The notes under the pieces: model-generated | The model's input: the letters and a program-made list of their open reading frames with translations, nothing else | The model's database searches: none | Told to the model about the DNA's origin: nothing | Shown: positions 26,503 through 38,300 of the stretch, in pieces | How positions within the stretch are numbered: the first letter of the stretch is position 1 | Layout of the letters: each line of letters opens with the position of its first letter | NCBI RefSeq assembly: GCF_033153115.1 | Contig: NW_026889756.1 | Location: forward strand, 2,418,001-2,482,000 | DNA from: Saccostrea echinata | Taxonomy: Eukaryota | Direction of reading: 5' to 3' | Length of the DNA: 64,000 nucleotides | Made by a program: the position numbers and the translations under genes

Positions 26503-27804
26503 CTATCCATCGTCACGTGTCGACTTTCGTGCTTTTCTACTTGAGTTGCTAGGTTTCCTGGTGTTTTTTTTTTTTTTTAGATCTTTGATCATCTCTGAAA
26601 CGTCCATTTGTGTCGAGTCTTTGCCCCGCATTCTGGATGTAGACGCAGACCTTGCAGATGGTCTAGAGCGTAGACGTGAAGCCACTTCTCCAATAATCAT
26701 ACCCAGGTTGTTTTTTCCAGGCCACGACTTGGAACGAGTCTGACTTGTCTGTTTTGCGTCAAGTCCAGATGCCCAAAAATTGTCATACGTCGTTTCTACG
26801 AACACAGTAGGATTTTTTGAGCTTTTTAGCGTGTCGGCAAAGGTTGGAAGCTGAGCAGCTTTGGCTTCAATTATCTCAGCCATCAAGGACACCTGATTGG
26901 TAACAAAGCTAGGAGAAGGAGTGACCATATTGCCGATTCTCTTCGCTTCCAGAGCCGATTTTGCCGATTGGATAGCCGATGCTCGTGGAATGTCGCCGCT
27001 TCTCATTGCTTTTACATATTGATATGCATGTTCGGCTGATTTGTGGTCAAAGCCAAAGATGTTTATATTGCAAGGGTAGAAATTTGATAGACAGTTTGCC
27101 TCTCCAGAGAATGGAACAACATCGACATTTGGCTCTGTAAAGTGTTCACATTCTGCGTCGCCTGGCTTATGCCCTTCTAACTTGCATACTTTCCACCTTG
27201 GATTGTTAGGACAATCTTTTTTGAAATGCGAGTCTTACCAGCACTGGGTACAAAAAGGGATGCGTTTATTTGAGGGCTGTCCATAATGATAAATGAAACA
27301 TTTTAGGCCTGCGCATATGCTAGTCCGTGGGAGAAAATTCCCGGCCTGCAGAGCTTTCACATAAATAAATCTATTGCCATTTAGAATTCCTGTCATCTTA
27401 TGAGTTTCCGGGTGACGGATTTTCTCATATTTGAGCTCACTAGTAAAGCTAAGATTGAATTTTTGAAGCATTTTCATCACTTCATCATCGTCAACGGATA
27501 AAGGGACACCCTTGACCGTTATTTTCATAACATCCTCATTTGGGCTAGAAATACCCGCAGAAAAGGGGTTTATATCGTAAATCTTCACACTGATATTTCG
27601 AATCTCAAAGCCTTCGTGTAAAAGTTTCACTCGGTTTTCCAAACTGTTTACATAGAACCTCTAAAGATCACGATCTTTTTGTACACATTTAAGATCTTGC
27701 ACACATGAAGCCACAGCAATCGACAACTCATAGTCTGTAATTCTATTGTTATTTTCATGAGGAAGCTCAGAGTTTTTCACATATACAGGTTTTAACATTT
27801 CCAT
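26503..27804 (-). pseudogene. LINE ORF1 (gag-like: RRM-like region, two CCHC-type knuckles, C-terminal NADAR/YbiA-like domain)
   Basis: Single reading frame from ATG 27804 to the stop at 26503 with two premature stops (27661-63, 27235-37): MEMLKPVYV..KITVKGVPLSVDDDEV..CTQCW*DSHFKKDC..WKVCKLEGHKPGDAEC..CLSNFYPC..SAEHAYQYVKA..EAKRIG..VETTYDNFWASG..WPGKNNLGMII. Confidence 0.85.
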
Positions 27805-28114
27805 TGTTATTGTTTTTGCTATCAATAGAACTGTTAGAACCGTTAGAGTTATCTCTCGGTGAAGAGTATTCAACCGAACACAGCGAACACAGGTATAGGC
27901 TACTGAGCAGTGCTCAGTTACTCAGATCCGAAGAGAGAAAAAAAGATTTAGACGATGTTTATTATTGAAAAAAAAATTGTAAATAATTTAAAAGGTGATG
28001 AGGATAATAAAGAAAACAGTGATGATGAAATTATCTTCAGTTTTGTAGTAACTCAGTGTCATAAATTATTGAAACTGTGTACATAGATTAAACCAACTAA
28101 TAATAAATCTGATC

Positions 28115-28420
28115 GGTCGCAACAGCCTAGTGATCCGAGGTCACATGCTTGATTCCCCTTCGCCGCGCCGCTTCAAACCTAAGACATAAACATAGGTAGC
28201 GACTTTTCCTTTGGCAAGCGCCCGACATTCGAACAGAAAAAGCGGGTCCTATGGATGAGACACTAATCCCGAGGCCCTATGTCAATCTAGGATTTGGCAA
28301 TAGAGAGAACCTTCATTGCACAATGACCCAGAGTGCCGAGTAAAGATTTAAATTTGAAACCTTTCTTCGGTTATGGTGGCAACACTACATGAGTTAAAAT
28401 TTTTTGAATGGGACCTAAAG
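28115..28420 (+). mobile_element. Old degenerate copy of the 1795-type SINE
   Basis: Diverged similarity to 1860-2115 (GGGTCCTATGGATGAGAC..CCGAGGCCC..AGTGCCGAGTAAA). Confidence 0.7.
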
Positions 28421-28529
28421 CATCATATATACTTATGAATTTAAAGACAAAGATCAAGGTCGTAGGTAGCGATATCACTGCAATTCTTATTAATCGAATT
28501 CTTTCGAAGTATTCCTTTAAAAACTTGGA

Positions 28530-29303
28530 CACTTTCCCCTTTTTTTCTTCAAGTGCCTTGACATTATCTTTTGCCTCAGGAACGACTGTTTTCCATATGT
28601 CTGTCGCCCGCGTGGCGCAGTGGTTAGAGCGTCTGCTCTAGAGTTGCGAAGTAAGGAGTTGATCCTTACGTCGCGGTTTCGAATCCCACTGTGGGACGTG
28701 GAGACCGGTGCTTCGGATGAGACCGTATAAACCGAGGCCCCGTGTCGCAGTAGGTGCTGGCACGAAAAAGACCCCTCACTGCTCAATAGCCCTGAGTGCT
28801 GAGTATAGGACAAAATTTGCAGCTCTCCACCGGCAAGTGGTGGTGTCTCCATATGAGTAAAAAAAATTCTCGAGAGGGACGTTAAACAACATACAATCAA
28901 TCAATCAATCTTCAAGTGCCTTGACATTATCTTTTGTCTTAGGAACGAATGTTTTCCATATGTCTGTCATTTCCTTCAGGAATTGCTATATGATGTCATT
29001 GAAGATGTTTAGATGATTACTGTGATCTTGCGAAGAGCAGACAGAACAGGCAGAGTCCTGGGAATCATCACAGTAGACATACATGTATATGTTTTTTGGG
29101 GTGGATCCTGCATTTCTCTGAAGGAAGTTTTCTTTTTCTCTCGTGATAGACGACAATCTCATGCCTATTGTTCTGCTCTAGATGTGGCTGTTTGCATTGG
29201 TCACAGATTCGCTGTTGACATGTTTTGCAGTAAAACTCAAATTCCTGCATAATTCTGTGTCAAACTCAATGTAGTGTTTGGCTGTATCTGCTTCTTGGTC
29301 CAT
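28530..29303 (-). pseudogene. Truncated paralogue of the B-box/TRIM-like gene, frameshifted and interrupted by a SINE
   Basis: ATG at 29303 (MDQEADTAKHYIE..), FYCKTCQQRICDQCKQPHLEQN..RKRKLPSEKCRIHPKK. Nucleotide similarity to 54000-54423; lacks the NHL region. Confidence 0.85.
28603..28909 (+). mobile_element. tRNA-derived SINE (Deu/Nin-like core)
   Basis: GTGGCGCAGTGGTTAGAGCG head, TTCGAATCC B box, (CAAT)n tail; flanked by a 59-bp direct repeat. Confidence 0.9.
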
Positions 29304-29559
29304 AACTGTTGATCAAAAATCTAGAAAACATTTGTTATCATACATGTAGTGTACATTATGCACTTATAAATTGGCGTAGCTTTCAACACACTTCTTTATA
29401 ATTAAAAGAGGAGACTTACTATACTCGTTATTTTTATGCCCCCGGATCGAAAGATCCAGGGGGTATATTGTTTTTGTCCTGTCTGTCTGTTTGTCTGTTT
29501 ATCTGTTTGTCTGTTTGTCTGTTTATCTGTTTGTCTGTTTGTCTGTTTGTCTGTCTGTC

Positions 29560-29829
29560 TGTTGTCAACTTTAACCTTGCCCATAACTTTTGATTGGTTT
29601 GAGCTATGACTTTCATATTTCACATGTGTATTCCTTGTAGGTCTTTCTTTGGGTATCATTATATTTGACCTTTTGACCTTGACCTTGGAATTTGACCCAC
29701 TTTTGCAAAATGTTATGAGACTTTAACCTTGGCCATAACTTCTGAACAGTTGGTGCTTGGGGTTTCAAATTTCACATGTGTATTTTTTGTGACAAGGCCT
29801 TCCTTTGGATACCAACAGCTTTGACCTTT

Positions 29830-29860
<31 letters not shown>

Positions 29861-30920
29861 GAAAAACTTTAACCTTGGCCATTACTTTTGAACAGTTGGT
29901 GCTTGGGGTTTCGAACTTCACATGTAAATTTCTTGTGACAAGACCTTTCTCGGGATATCAACTTCTTTGACCTTTTGACCTTGACCTAGGAGTTTGACCT
30001 ACTTTTAACAAACTTTAATCTTGGCCATAACTTTTGAATGGTTGGAGCTAGGGCTTACATACTTCACATATGTAATCCTTGTGACAAGTCCTTTTTCGAT
30101 ACTAACCACTTTGACCTTTTGACCTTGACTAGGAGTTTGACCTACTTTTGAAAAACTTTAACCTTGGCCATAACTTCTGAACAGTTGGTGCTTGGGGTTT
30201 CAAACTTCACATGTGTATATTTTGTGACAAGGCCTTCCTTTGGATACCAACAACTTTGACCTTTTGACCTTGACCTTGAAGTTTGACCTACTTTTGAAAA
30301 ACTTTAACCTTGGCCATTACTTTTGAACAGTTGGTGCTAGGGCTTTCATACTTCACAAATATATTTCGTGTGACAAGAACTTCCTCTGGATATCAATCTC
30401 TTTGACCTTTTGACCTTGACCTAGGAGTTTGACCTACTTTAACAAACTTTAATCTTGGCCATAACTTTTGAATGGTTGGAGCTAGGGCTTACATACTTCA
30501 CATATGTATTCCTTGTGACAAGACCTTTTTTTGATACCAACCACTTTGACTTTTGACCTTGACTAGGAGTTTGACATACTTTTGAAAAACTTTAAGCTTG
30601 GCCATAACTTTTGAATGGTTGATGCTAGGGTTTTCATACTTCACATATGTAATCCTTGTGACATCACCTTCCTTTGGATACCAACCCCTTTGACTTTTGA
30701 CCTTGACAAAGGAGTTTAACCTACTTTCGAAAAACTTTAACCTTGGAAATAACTTTTGAATGGTTGGTGCTTGGGCTTTCATACGTCACATATGTAATCC
30801 TTGTGACAAGACCTTTCTTTGGATACCAACAACTTTGGCCTTGACCTTGACGTTTTACTTACTTTTAAAAAACTTTAACCTTGTCCGTAACTTTTGAACA
30901 GTTGCAGCTAGGACTTATAA
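29560..30920. repeat. About 146-bp tandem array (about 9 copies) in the Helentron 5' region
   Basis: Repeated ACTTTAACCTTGGCCATAACT..TGACCTTTTGACCTTGACC units with about 145-146 bp spacing. Confidence 0.9.
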
Positions 30921-32332
30921 TGAGATAATTATCTCGATATAACGAGTTAGTTATTTCGTTGAACAAAATAGTTTTCTCTTTATTTCGAGATTTAATAGCA
31001 ATATAGGAATAAAAAATGGCTGTAGTTTTTAATGCCATTGAATTTTTAGCTAGTAATTATCAGTCTAATTTAAGTTTTACAATTCATAAATGGTTGAAAA
31101 TTTAATTTGCTCTGGGGTTTACTTATGATTAAATCTTGAAATATCTCACTGTCAATAATCATATTTTGATACGTAAAGCAACTATAGGCGAACAAAAAAT
31201 TAATTTACACATTAATTCATGAACGCCTCCTCAAAATGTTGCATTAGGACGCGATATTTTTATGCCCAGGAATCGAAAAATCCAGGGGGTATATTGTTTT
31301 TGTCCTGTCTGTCCATTTGTCTGTCTGTTGTCAACTTTAACCTAGCCCATAACTATTGCACTGTCAAGGGTAAGGCTTTAATATTTGAGATGAGTGTTCA
31401 TTATGACAAGATCTTTCCATTGGTACAGAAATTATTTATCATGTGACCTCAACTGTGACCTTTGACCTACATTTGAAAAACTTTTACATTGGCCATTACT
31501 ATTGCACTGTAGCCCATACCTTTTACACTGCAAGACTGTAAGGAGGTAAGGCTTAATATTTAGCGTGCCTTTTCATTATGACAAAACCTTTCTGGTGGTA
31601 CAGAAATTTCGATCATGTGACCCTTCACCTACATTTGAAAATACTCTACTCCCATTTTAGAGTTTACCCACATTAAGATAAAAATAAACATGCAGATTTG
31701 ACTTACTTTAAGGTCATATCAGTAGATTCTCAATTGCAAGGATTAGAAAGACTTTTATGTTTTTCTTCCTGTCAGTCTTGTTGATTTAACATCTGGAGAT
31801 GTAGATCATTTCCAGTGGTTTCAGTGAAATTTTATGCAGTCAATTCTAATGACCCCATGCACATGATTTCATATTATAGATGCATAGTCTATAAGGTATA
31901 AGTGTGAAAGGGCCTAACTGTCTGGGAATTGATATATTCCTGTTATTTCTACAGTGGCAACATCTCACCGTAAACCATTACTAAAGCCCTGATACTTAAT
32001 ATGTCTAGATCTAACGAGCCATTTACAGTAGTTACATTGAAATTTGGTGCAGTAGTCTTTTCTAATGACCCCAGGCCCAGGATTTCACATAATTGATGCA
32101 TAATGTCACTGAGGTGTAATTATGAAAGGAGCAAACTGTCTAGGAATCGATATGTTCCTGTGATTTGTACAGTGGTGACATTTCACTCTAATTAATAATG
32201 ATAACATTCATAGAAGTGTATATTTAATGGGACTTTTTATTTTACTGTGAGCTAAGAGTATAATTTGATTACATTTCAGGTACAGTCAGTTTACTGTTGT
32301 TTGACTATATTTTCCTACTCTTTAACAGAATC

Positions 32333-35300
32333 ATGCCATTCATATGCCCTCAGTGCCATAGAATATTCAGCATTGAAAAGACACTTATTAATCACAAATG
32401 TCCTTATTGTCCAGAGTGCAAGAAAATTTACAGTACATTCCAAAAATTCACCCAGCATAAGTGTACCAAAGTAGAGGTAGCACCAGAAAAGGCAAAGGCA
32501 TCCACGGATATCAATGACATTTCCAAAGGAGGTGTTTTAATACCAGATGATGTGATCTGCAAGGTGCTTTCTTTATTAAGAAATCAATGGACAGACGTTC
32601 ACATCGGTCATATGATGCCATCAGAAGTAGAAGTGTTGAGAAAAAATCATTCATCTCCAGACTGCATTCCTTTAAATCTGCATGCCATCAACATTCATTA
32701 TATTGACAGTCATTGGGTTGCATCCTGGCAGGATCCTTGTGATTTGACAGTAAAAATTTACGATTCCTTGTACAATGGGTATCGCCTACTGACGCTGATG
32801 CCTATATTGAGACTGATGTATGATCTTAAAGTCTATACACAGATATATGTCTCAGGAGTAACTCAACAGAAGGAAGTGTCTTGTGGAGCTTATATATGCT
32901 GCTGCATTTGTCGTGTGCTGTGCACAACATAAACCACCAGAAGAATACAAATTCCTTCCTGATATGCAAATGAGGCATCACCTTCTTCAGTGCATTGTGA
33001 ACGGACAAATGACTTCGTTTCCAATTGTGGAAACTCAAAACATTTCTGATCATACATTGAGTAAAAACAGAGCAGCTGTCGGGACTCAAAAAATTTCTTC
33101 TCATGGGATTGGAGCTAAGTTTCTGTTAAATACATTGAGTGAAATCGAAAGACAGAAGCAGTTGCAAGTGAGAAAGGATGAAAACAGAGATCACAAAGAG
33201 CAACACAAAAAAATCAAAAGGTTGAAAAGTCTAGTTCGTCAGTCAAGTATAAGGAGTGATGAAAAGACTGAAGCAAAACGTAAGAGAGAAACAGGTGATA
33301 GAGATAGACATGCTGTGCAAAGAGAAAAAGAAACTCCTGAAGCCAAAGTGAACAGACAAAAAGTTGATAGAGAAATGCATTCTGTGCAAAGGAAAAAAGA
33401 AACTCCTAAAGCTGCAATGAAAAGACAGAAACTTGATAGACAAAGACATTCAGTGCAGAGAGAAAAAGAGACTCCTGAAGCTACAGATAAAAGGTTGAAG
33501 ATTCAAAAAGTGAGACAGACAAATCTACGAAAAAAGGAAACTCCAGAAGCTACAATGAAGAGACAGAGAGTGGATAAAAAAAGACAATCAGTGCATAGAG
33601 AAAAGGAGACTCCCGAAGCTACAGATAAAAGGTTGAAGGTTCAAAGACTGAGACAGACAAACCTCCGAGAAAAGGAGACTCCAGAAGCTACAATAAAGAG
33701 ACAGAGAGTGGATAAAGAAAGACAATCAGTGCATAGAGAAAAGGAGACTCCTGAAGCTACAGATAAAAAGTTGAAGGTTCAAAGACTGAGACAGACAAAC
33801 CTCCGAGAAAAGGAGACTCCAGAAGCTACAATGAAGAGACAGAGAGTGGATAAAGAAAGACAATCAGTGCATAGAGAAAAGGAGACTCCTGAAGCTACAG
33901 ATAAAAGGTTGAAGGTTCAAAGACTGAGACAGACAAACCTCCGAGAAATGGAGACTCCAGAAGCTACAATGAAGAGACAGAAAGTGGATAAAGAAAGACA
34001 ATCAGTGCATAGAGAAAAGGAGACTCCTGAAGCTACAGATAAAAGGTTGAAGGTTCAAAGACTGAGACAGACAAACCTCCGAGAAATGGAGACTCCAGAA
34101 GCTACAATGAAGAGACAGAAAGTGGATAAAGAAAGACAATCAGTGCATAGAGAAAAGGAGACTACTGAAGCTACAGATAAAAGGTTGAAGGTTCAAAGAC
34201 TGAGACAGACAAACCTCCGAGAAAAGGAGACTCCAAAAGCTACAATGAAGAGACAGAAAGTTGATAAAGAAAGACAATCAATGCATAGAGAAAAGGAGAC
34301 TACTGAAGCTACAGATAAAAGGTTGAAGGTTCAAAGACTGAGACAGACAAACCTCCGAGAAAAGGAGACTCCAAAAGATACAATAAAGAGACAGAAAGTT
34401 GATAAAGAAAGACAATCAGTGCATAGAGAAAAGGAGACTCCCGAAGCTACAAATAAAAGGTTGAAGGTTCAAAGACTAAGACAGACAAACCTTCGAGAAA
34501 AGGAGACTCCAGAAGCTACAATGAAGAGACAGAAATTTAATAAAGAAAGACAATCAGTGCATAGAGAAAAGGAGACTCCTGAAGCTTCAGATAAGAGGTT
34601 GAAGGTTCAGAGACTGAGACAGACAAACCTCCGAAAAAAGGAGACTACAGAAGCTACAATGAAGAGACAGAAAGTTGATAAAGTAAGACATTCTGTGCAT
34701 AGAGAAAAAGACACTCCTGAAGCTTAAACAAAGAGACAGGAAGAAGACAGGGACAGACATTCATGCACGAGACATCCAAATTCAGTAGAAAAAGCTCAAA
34801 AATTGCTTCTAAAGGAGATAACAAAAAGTCCTGAATATGCTTGCACTATTTGTCACCGAACAATGTACAATGAAAACACTACTCAGTTAAAAGTATCAAG
34901 TTATAAAAAACATTGAACTAGTGAATAGCTGTCGAACGTATCTTAGAACTGTTGCAGACAAAGAGTGGATATGCAAAACTTGTCAACGCCATCTGAAGAA
35001 ATGCATTATTCCACCACAGGCCCAAGTCAATAACATGGCAGTATCTCAAGAGCCATGTATTCTTGATGAACTCACAGACTTTGAATCCAGACTTCTTGCC
35101 AAAAGGATTCCATTCATGAAGATCACTGCCTTACCCAGAGGAAGGCAGAGGGGAATCATAGGGAGTGTTATCAACGTTCAATCAGATGTTGATCAAACGT
35201 GTGAGGTATTACCAAGGACACCAGTTTCCTCTGGCATCATTCCCGTAAAGCTTAAACGCAAACTAGAATACAAAGCTCATGTATTCTACGAACATGTACG

Positions 35301-38300
35301 GCCTAAAAATGTTCTGGAAGCTTTTGATTGGCTCAAGAAAAACAACATACATTATCAGGATGTGACAGATGCATCTGATGTATGGGAAAAAACTTTTACC
35401 CAAGAAGATAGTCAGTTGTGGAATCACCTCACAAAGCCGAAAGGAGAAAATGAAGATAATGAGTTATTGTCTGATGAAGAGACATCCTTCCAAGATGTTG
35501 AAGCAAAGGACAGTTCAGTACCTGAGGAGAGTCAGTCAGCTGATCCACAAGTAGATCATCCATTGGATACCTGTGTTGAGATAAATGATCTAGCTTTAGA
35601 TGTCAGCAAGGTAATAAATGTTGCTCCTGGGGAAGGCAAGAACCCTGTTGGATTGATGATGGATCATGGTTGTGAGGAAATGGCTTTTCCAAAATTGTTT
35701 CCAACTGGCAAATTTGGTTTTGATGCTGCAGGAGAAACTGCAATCACACCAAAGAAATACTTCAATGCTAGGATTCTCAACAAAAGTGGAACATTTGCTG
35801 GAAACACAGAATACTTATTCTTTGCACAGTATGTTACGGAGTACAAACAGGTGATGGACAACATTTCCATAGCATTAAGAAAGTCCTACAGTTGTACAGA
35901 GTCTGTAAGCCAAATAAACTCAGGCATGCTGTCAAATTCAGATACATTGTCATCAATCATAGCAAAAGATCATGCCTACCAGTTTTTGCAGACAGTGAGA
36001 GGATCACCCCCATACTGGCAAAAAGCTATGTATAAGTTGCTTGCAGCAGTGAAACAGTTCGGAATTTTCACGTTTTCTGTCACTCTTTCATCTGCAGATC
36101 TCAAATGGCATGACACTCTTCAAGCAAAATCTAGACAACAAGGGAAACCACTGACTGATAAGGATGTTGACAATCTATCATTTGAGGAAAAGTCATCTTT
36201 ATTGCGATCAAATCCTGTAATTGCAGCTTGTCATTTCAACTATCGTCTTCAAAGTTTCTTCAGGTCATTTCTCCTCTCACCTGCACAGCCTCTAGGGAAG
36301 ATTCAGCATTACTCATACTGCATTGAGTTTCAGCAGCGTGGATCGCCTCATGCACACATAGTGATATGGACAGAGAATTCACCAACCCCATTAGAGAAAG
36401 ATGAAATCTTAAGTGAATTCATTAACAAGTACTTTACTTGCAGAATTCCATAAGAGAAAGATGACCCTTACCTGTACAATCTCGTCAAAACAGTACAGCA
36501 GCATCACCATACGGCAACATGCAGAAAGAAAGGCACAGCTTGTCGATTTAACTTCCCAAAATTACCGTCTGCTGATACTGTTATTGCAAAAACACTTGAA
36601 ATGGATGATCCAGTAGAGATGCAGAGGGTGAAACAGAACAACTTAGCAATTCTTTCAACAGTTCATAATCTCTTAGGGGAAAACTTCACATTTAACTCAG
36701 TTGAGGACTTGGTCAAGAAGTTGGGGATATCCATGGAGGACTATAAGAGTGCTCTGAAAATGACCAGCAAAGGATCATCAGTAGTTCTTCAACGTCAACC
36801 TGCTGAAATACACACCAACTACTACAACGAACACTTATTGCGTGCCTGGGGTGCCAACATCGATGTCCAGTACTGCCTTGATCCCTATGCCTGCATCAGC
36901 TACATGGTGGCCTACATCACGAAGAATGAGCGAGAGATGAGCCAGATTCTGCAGGCTGTTTCAAAGGAATGTACCGGTATTACTTGGCACCAGAAGATGA
37001 AGAATTGTGCTAAAGCTTTTCTGAATGCTAGAGAGATCATTGCCCAGGAAGCAGTGTATAGACTTATGAGTTTCCCACTCTTCAAATGCAGCTTCAAAAC
37101 TGTTTTTGTACCGGCTGACCTTCCAAAGAATCGGGTTGTGTTCCTCAAACCATTGTCAGAGATCAGAACTATGGAAAGTGATGAAGAGGATATATTTATG
37201 AAAAACATTATGGACAGGTATTCTCTGAGACCAACAGTTCTCAAGAACATGTGCCTAGCCCATTTCGCAGTTTGGTATGTTCCAGTGTATAGCTGAAACT
37301 GACAGTGATAAGGGTGATGAAGGAAATCCATTTGAAGAAATAACTTTACTTGACGGATGTAGTCGCATGAGAAAGAAATCCAGCCCTGCTGTTCTCAGAT
37401 ACCACAAGAAGTCACAGGAAAAGTCACCAGAGGAATACCTCTACAGTCAGCTCCTTCTTTACCTTCCCTGGACTGATGTACAGAAAGTACTTGAAGTTTC
37501 ATGTTATGAAGACTATTATAATGCCAACATTGGTGTGATAAAACAGAACAAAAGGGAATTTGAGCACCACTCAGATATCATTGAATCTGCACTACATGAG
37601 CTTGAAGTTAATGGCCCTCCAGTGCATGCATATGATGAGATTTCCCCAGTTACCGAGCAAGAACAAGGTGACCAGGAAGACGAGGGTGTAGAGCTGGAAC
37701 TGGGCTCTGTTCTTCAACCGCTACCAGAACATGAAGAATCTAACAATTCAGCCATTGATTCTGTTCCCAATCAGGCACTATCCTTTAGCATAGAGATGAG
37801 ACCAGGAGTACTTTCAGATGAAGAGTATCATGCACTTGTCAGATCACTCAATGACAAGCAAAGGGATGTGTATCAGCATCTTATCAACTGGTGTACCACA
37901 TTCTCTAACAGAAGCAAAACAGGACTGACTCCAGGTCAGATGTGCTTATTTGTATCTGGTGGGGCTGGCACCGGAAAGTCACACTTGATATCTGCTGTGT
38001 ATCAAATGGCTACAAGAAAGCTTTCACTGGCAGGAGACAACCCAGATGAAGTCAGAGTCACCCTAGCTGCACCAACAGGAACAGCTGCCCATAATATATC
38101 AGGAATTACCCTTCATTCAGCATTCCTCTTACCACTAGGGCAGACTAAGAACTACATTAGATTGTCAGACGAAAAGAGGAACGGATTAAGAGCAAAAGCA
38201 GGCAATCTTGATTTGCTAATCATTGATGAAATCTCCATGGTAAGCAGCGATCTATTGCTTCAGATTCACCATAGACTTTGTGAAATCAAAGCGGTGAGTC

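Larger units (their letters stand above)
23065..27949 (-). mobile_element. Full-length, decayed L1/Tx1-type non-LTR retrotransposon
   Basis: 11-bp TSD AGACGATGTTT (23054-23064 and 27950-27960), poly(A)-like tail (T-run 23065-23122), ORF1 and ORF2 on the minus strand. Confidence 0.9.

Noticed and set aside
28517-28900. Repeated ORF METPPLAGGELQ..SCQHLLRHG (also at 41572 and 45673)
   Set aside because: Antisense reading of the SINE consensus, not a protein family.
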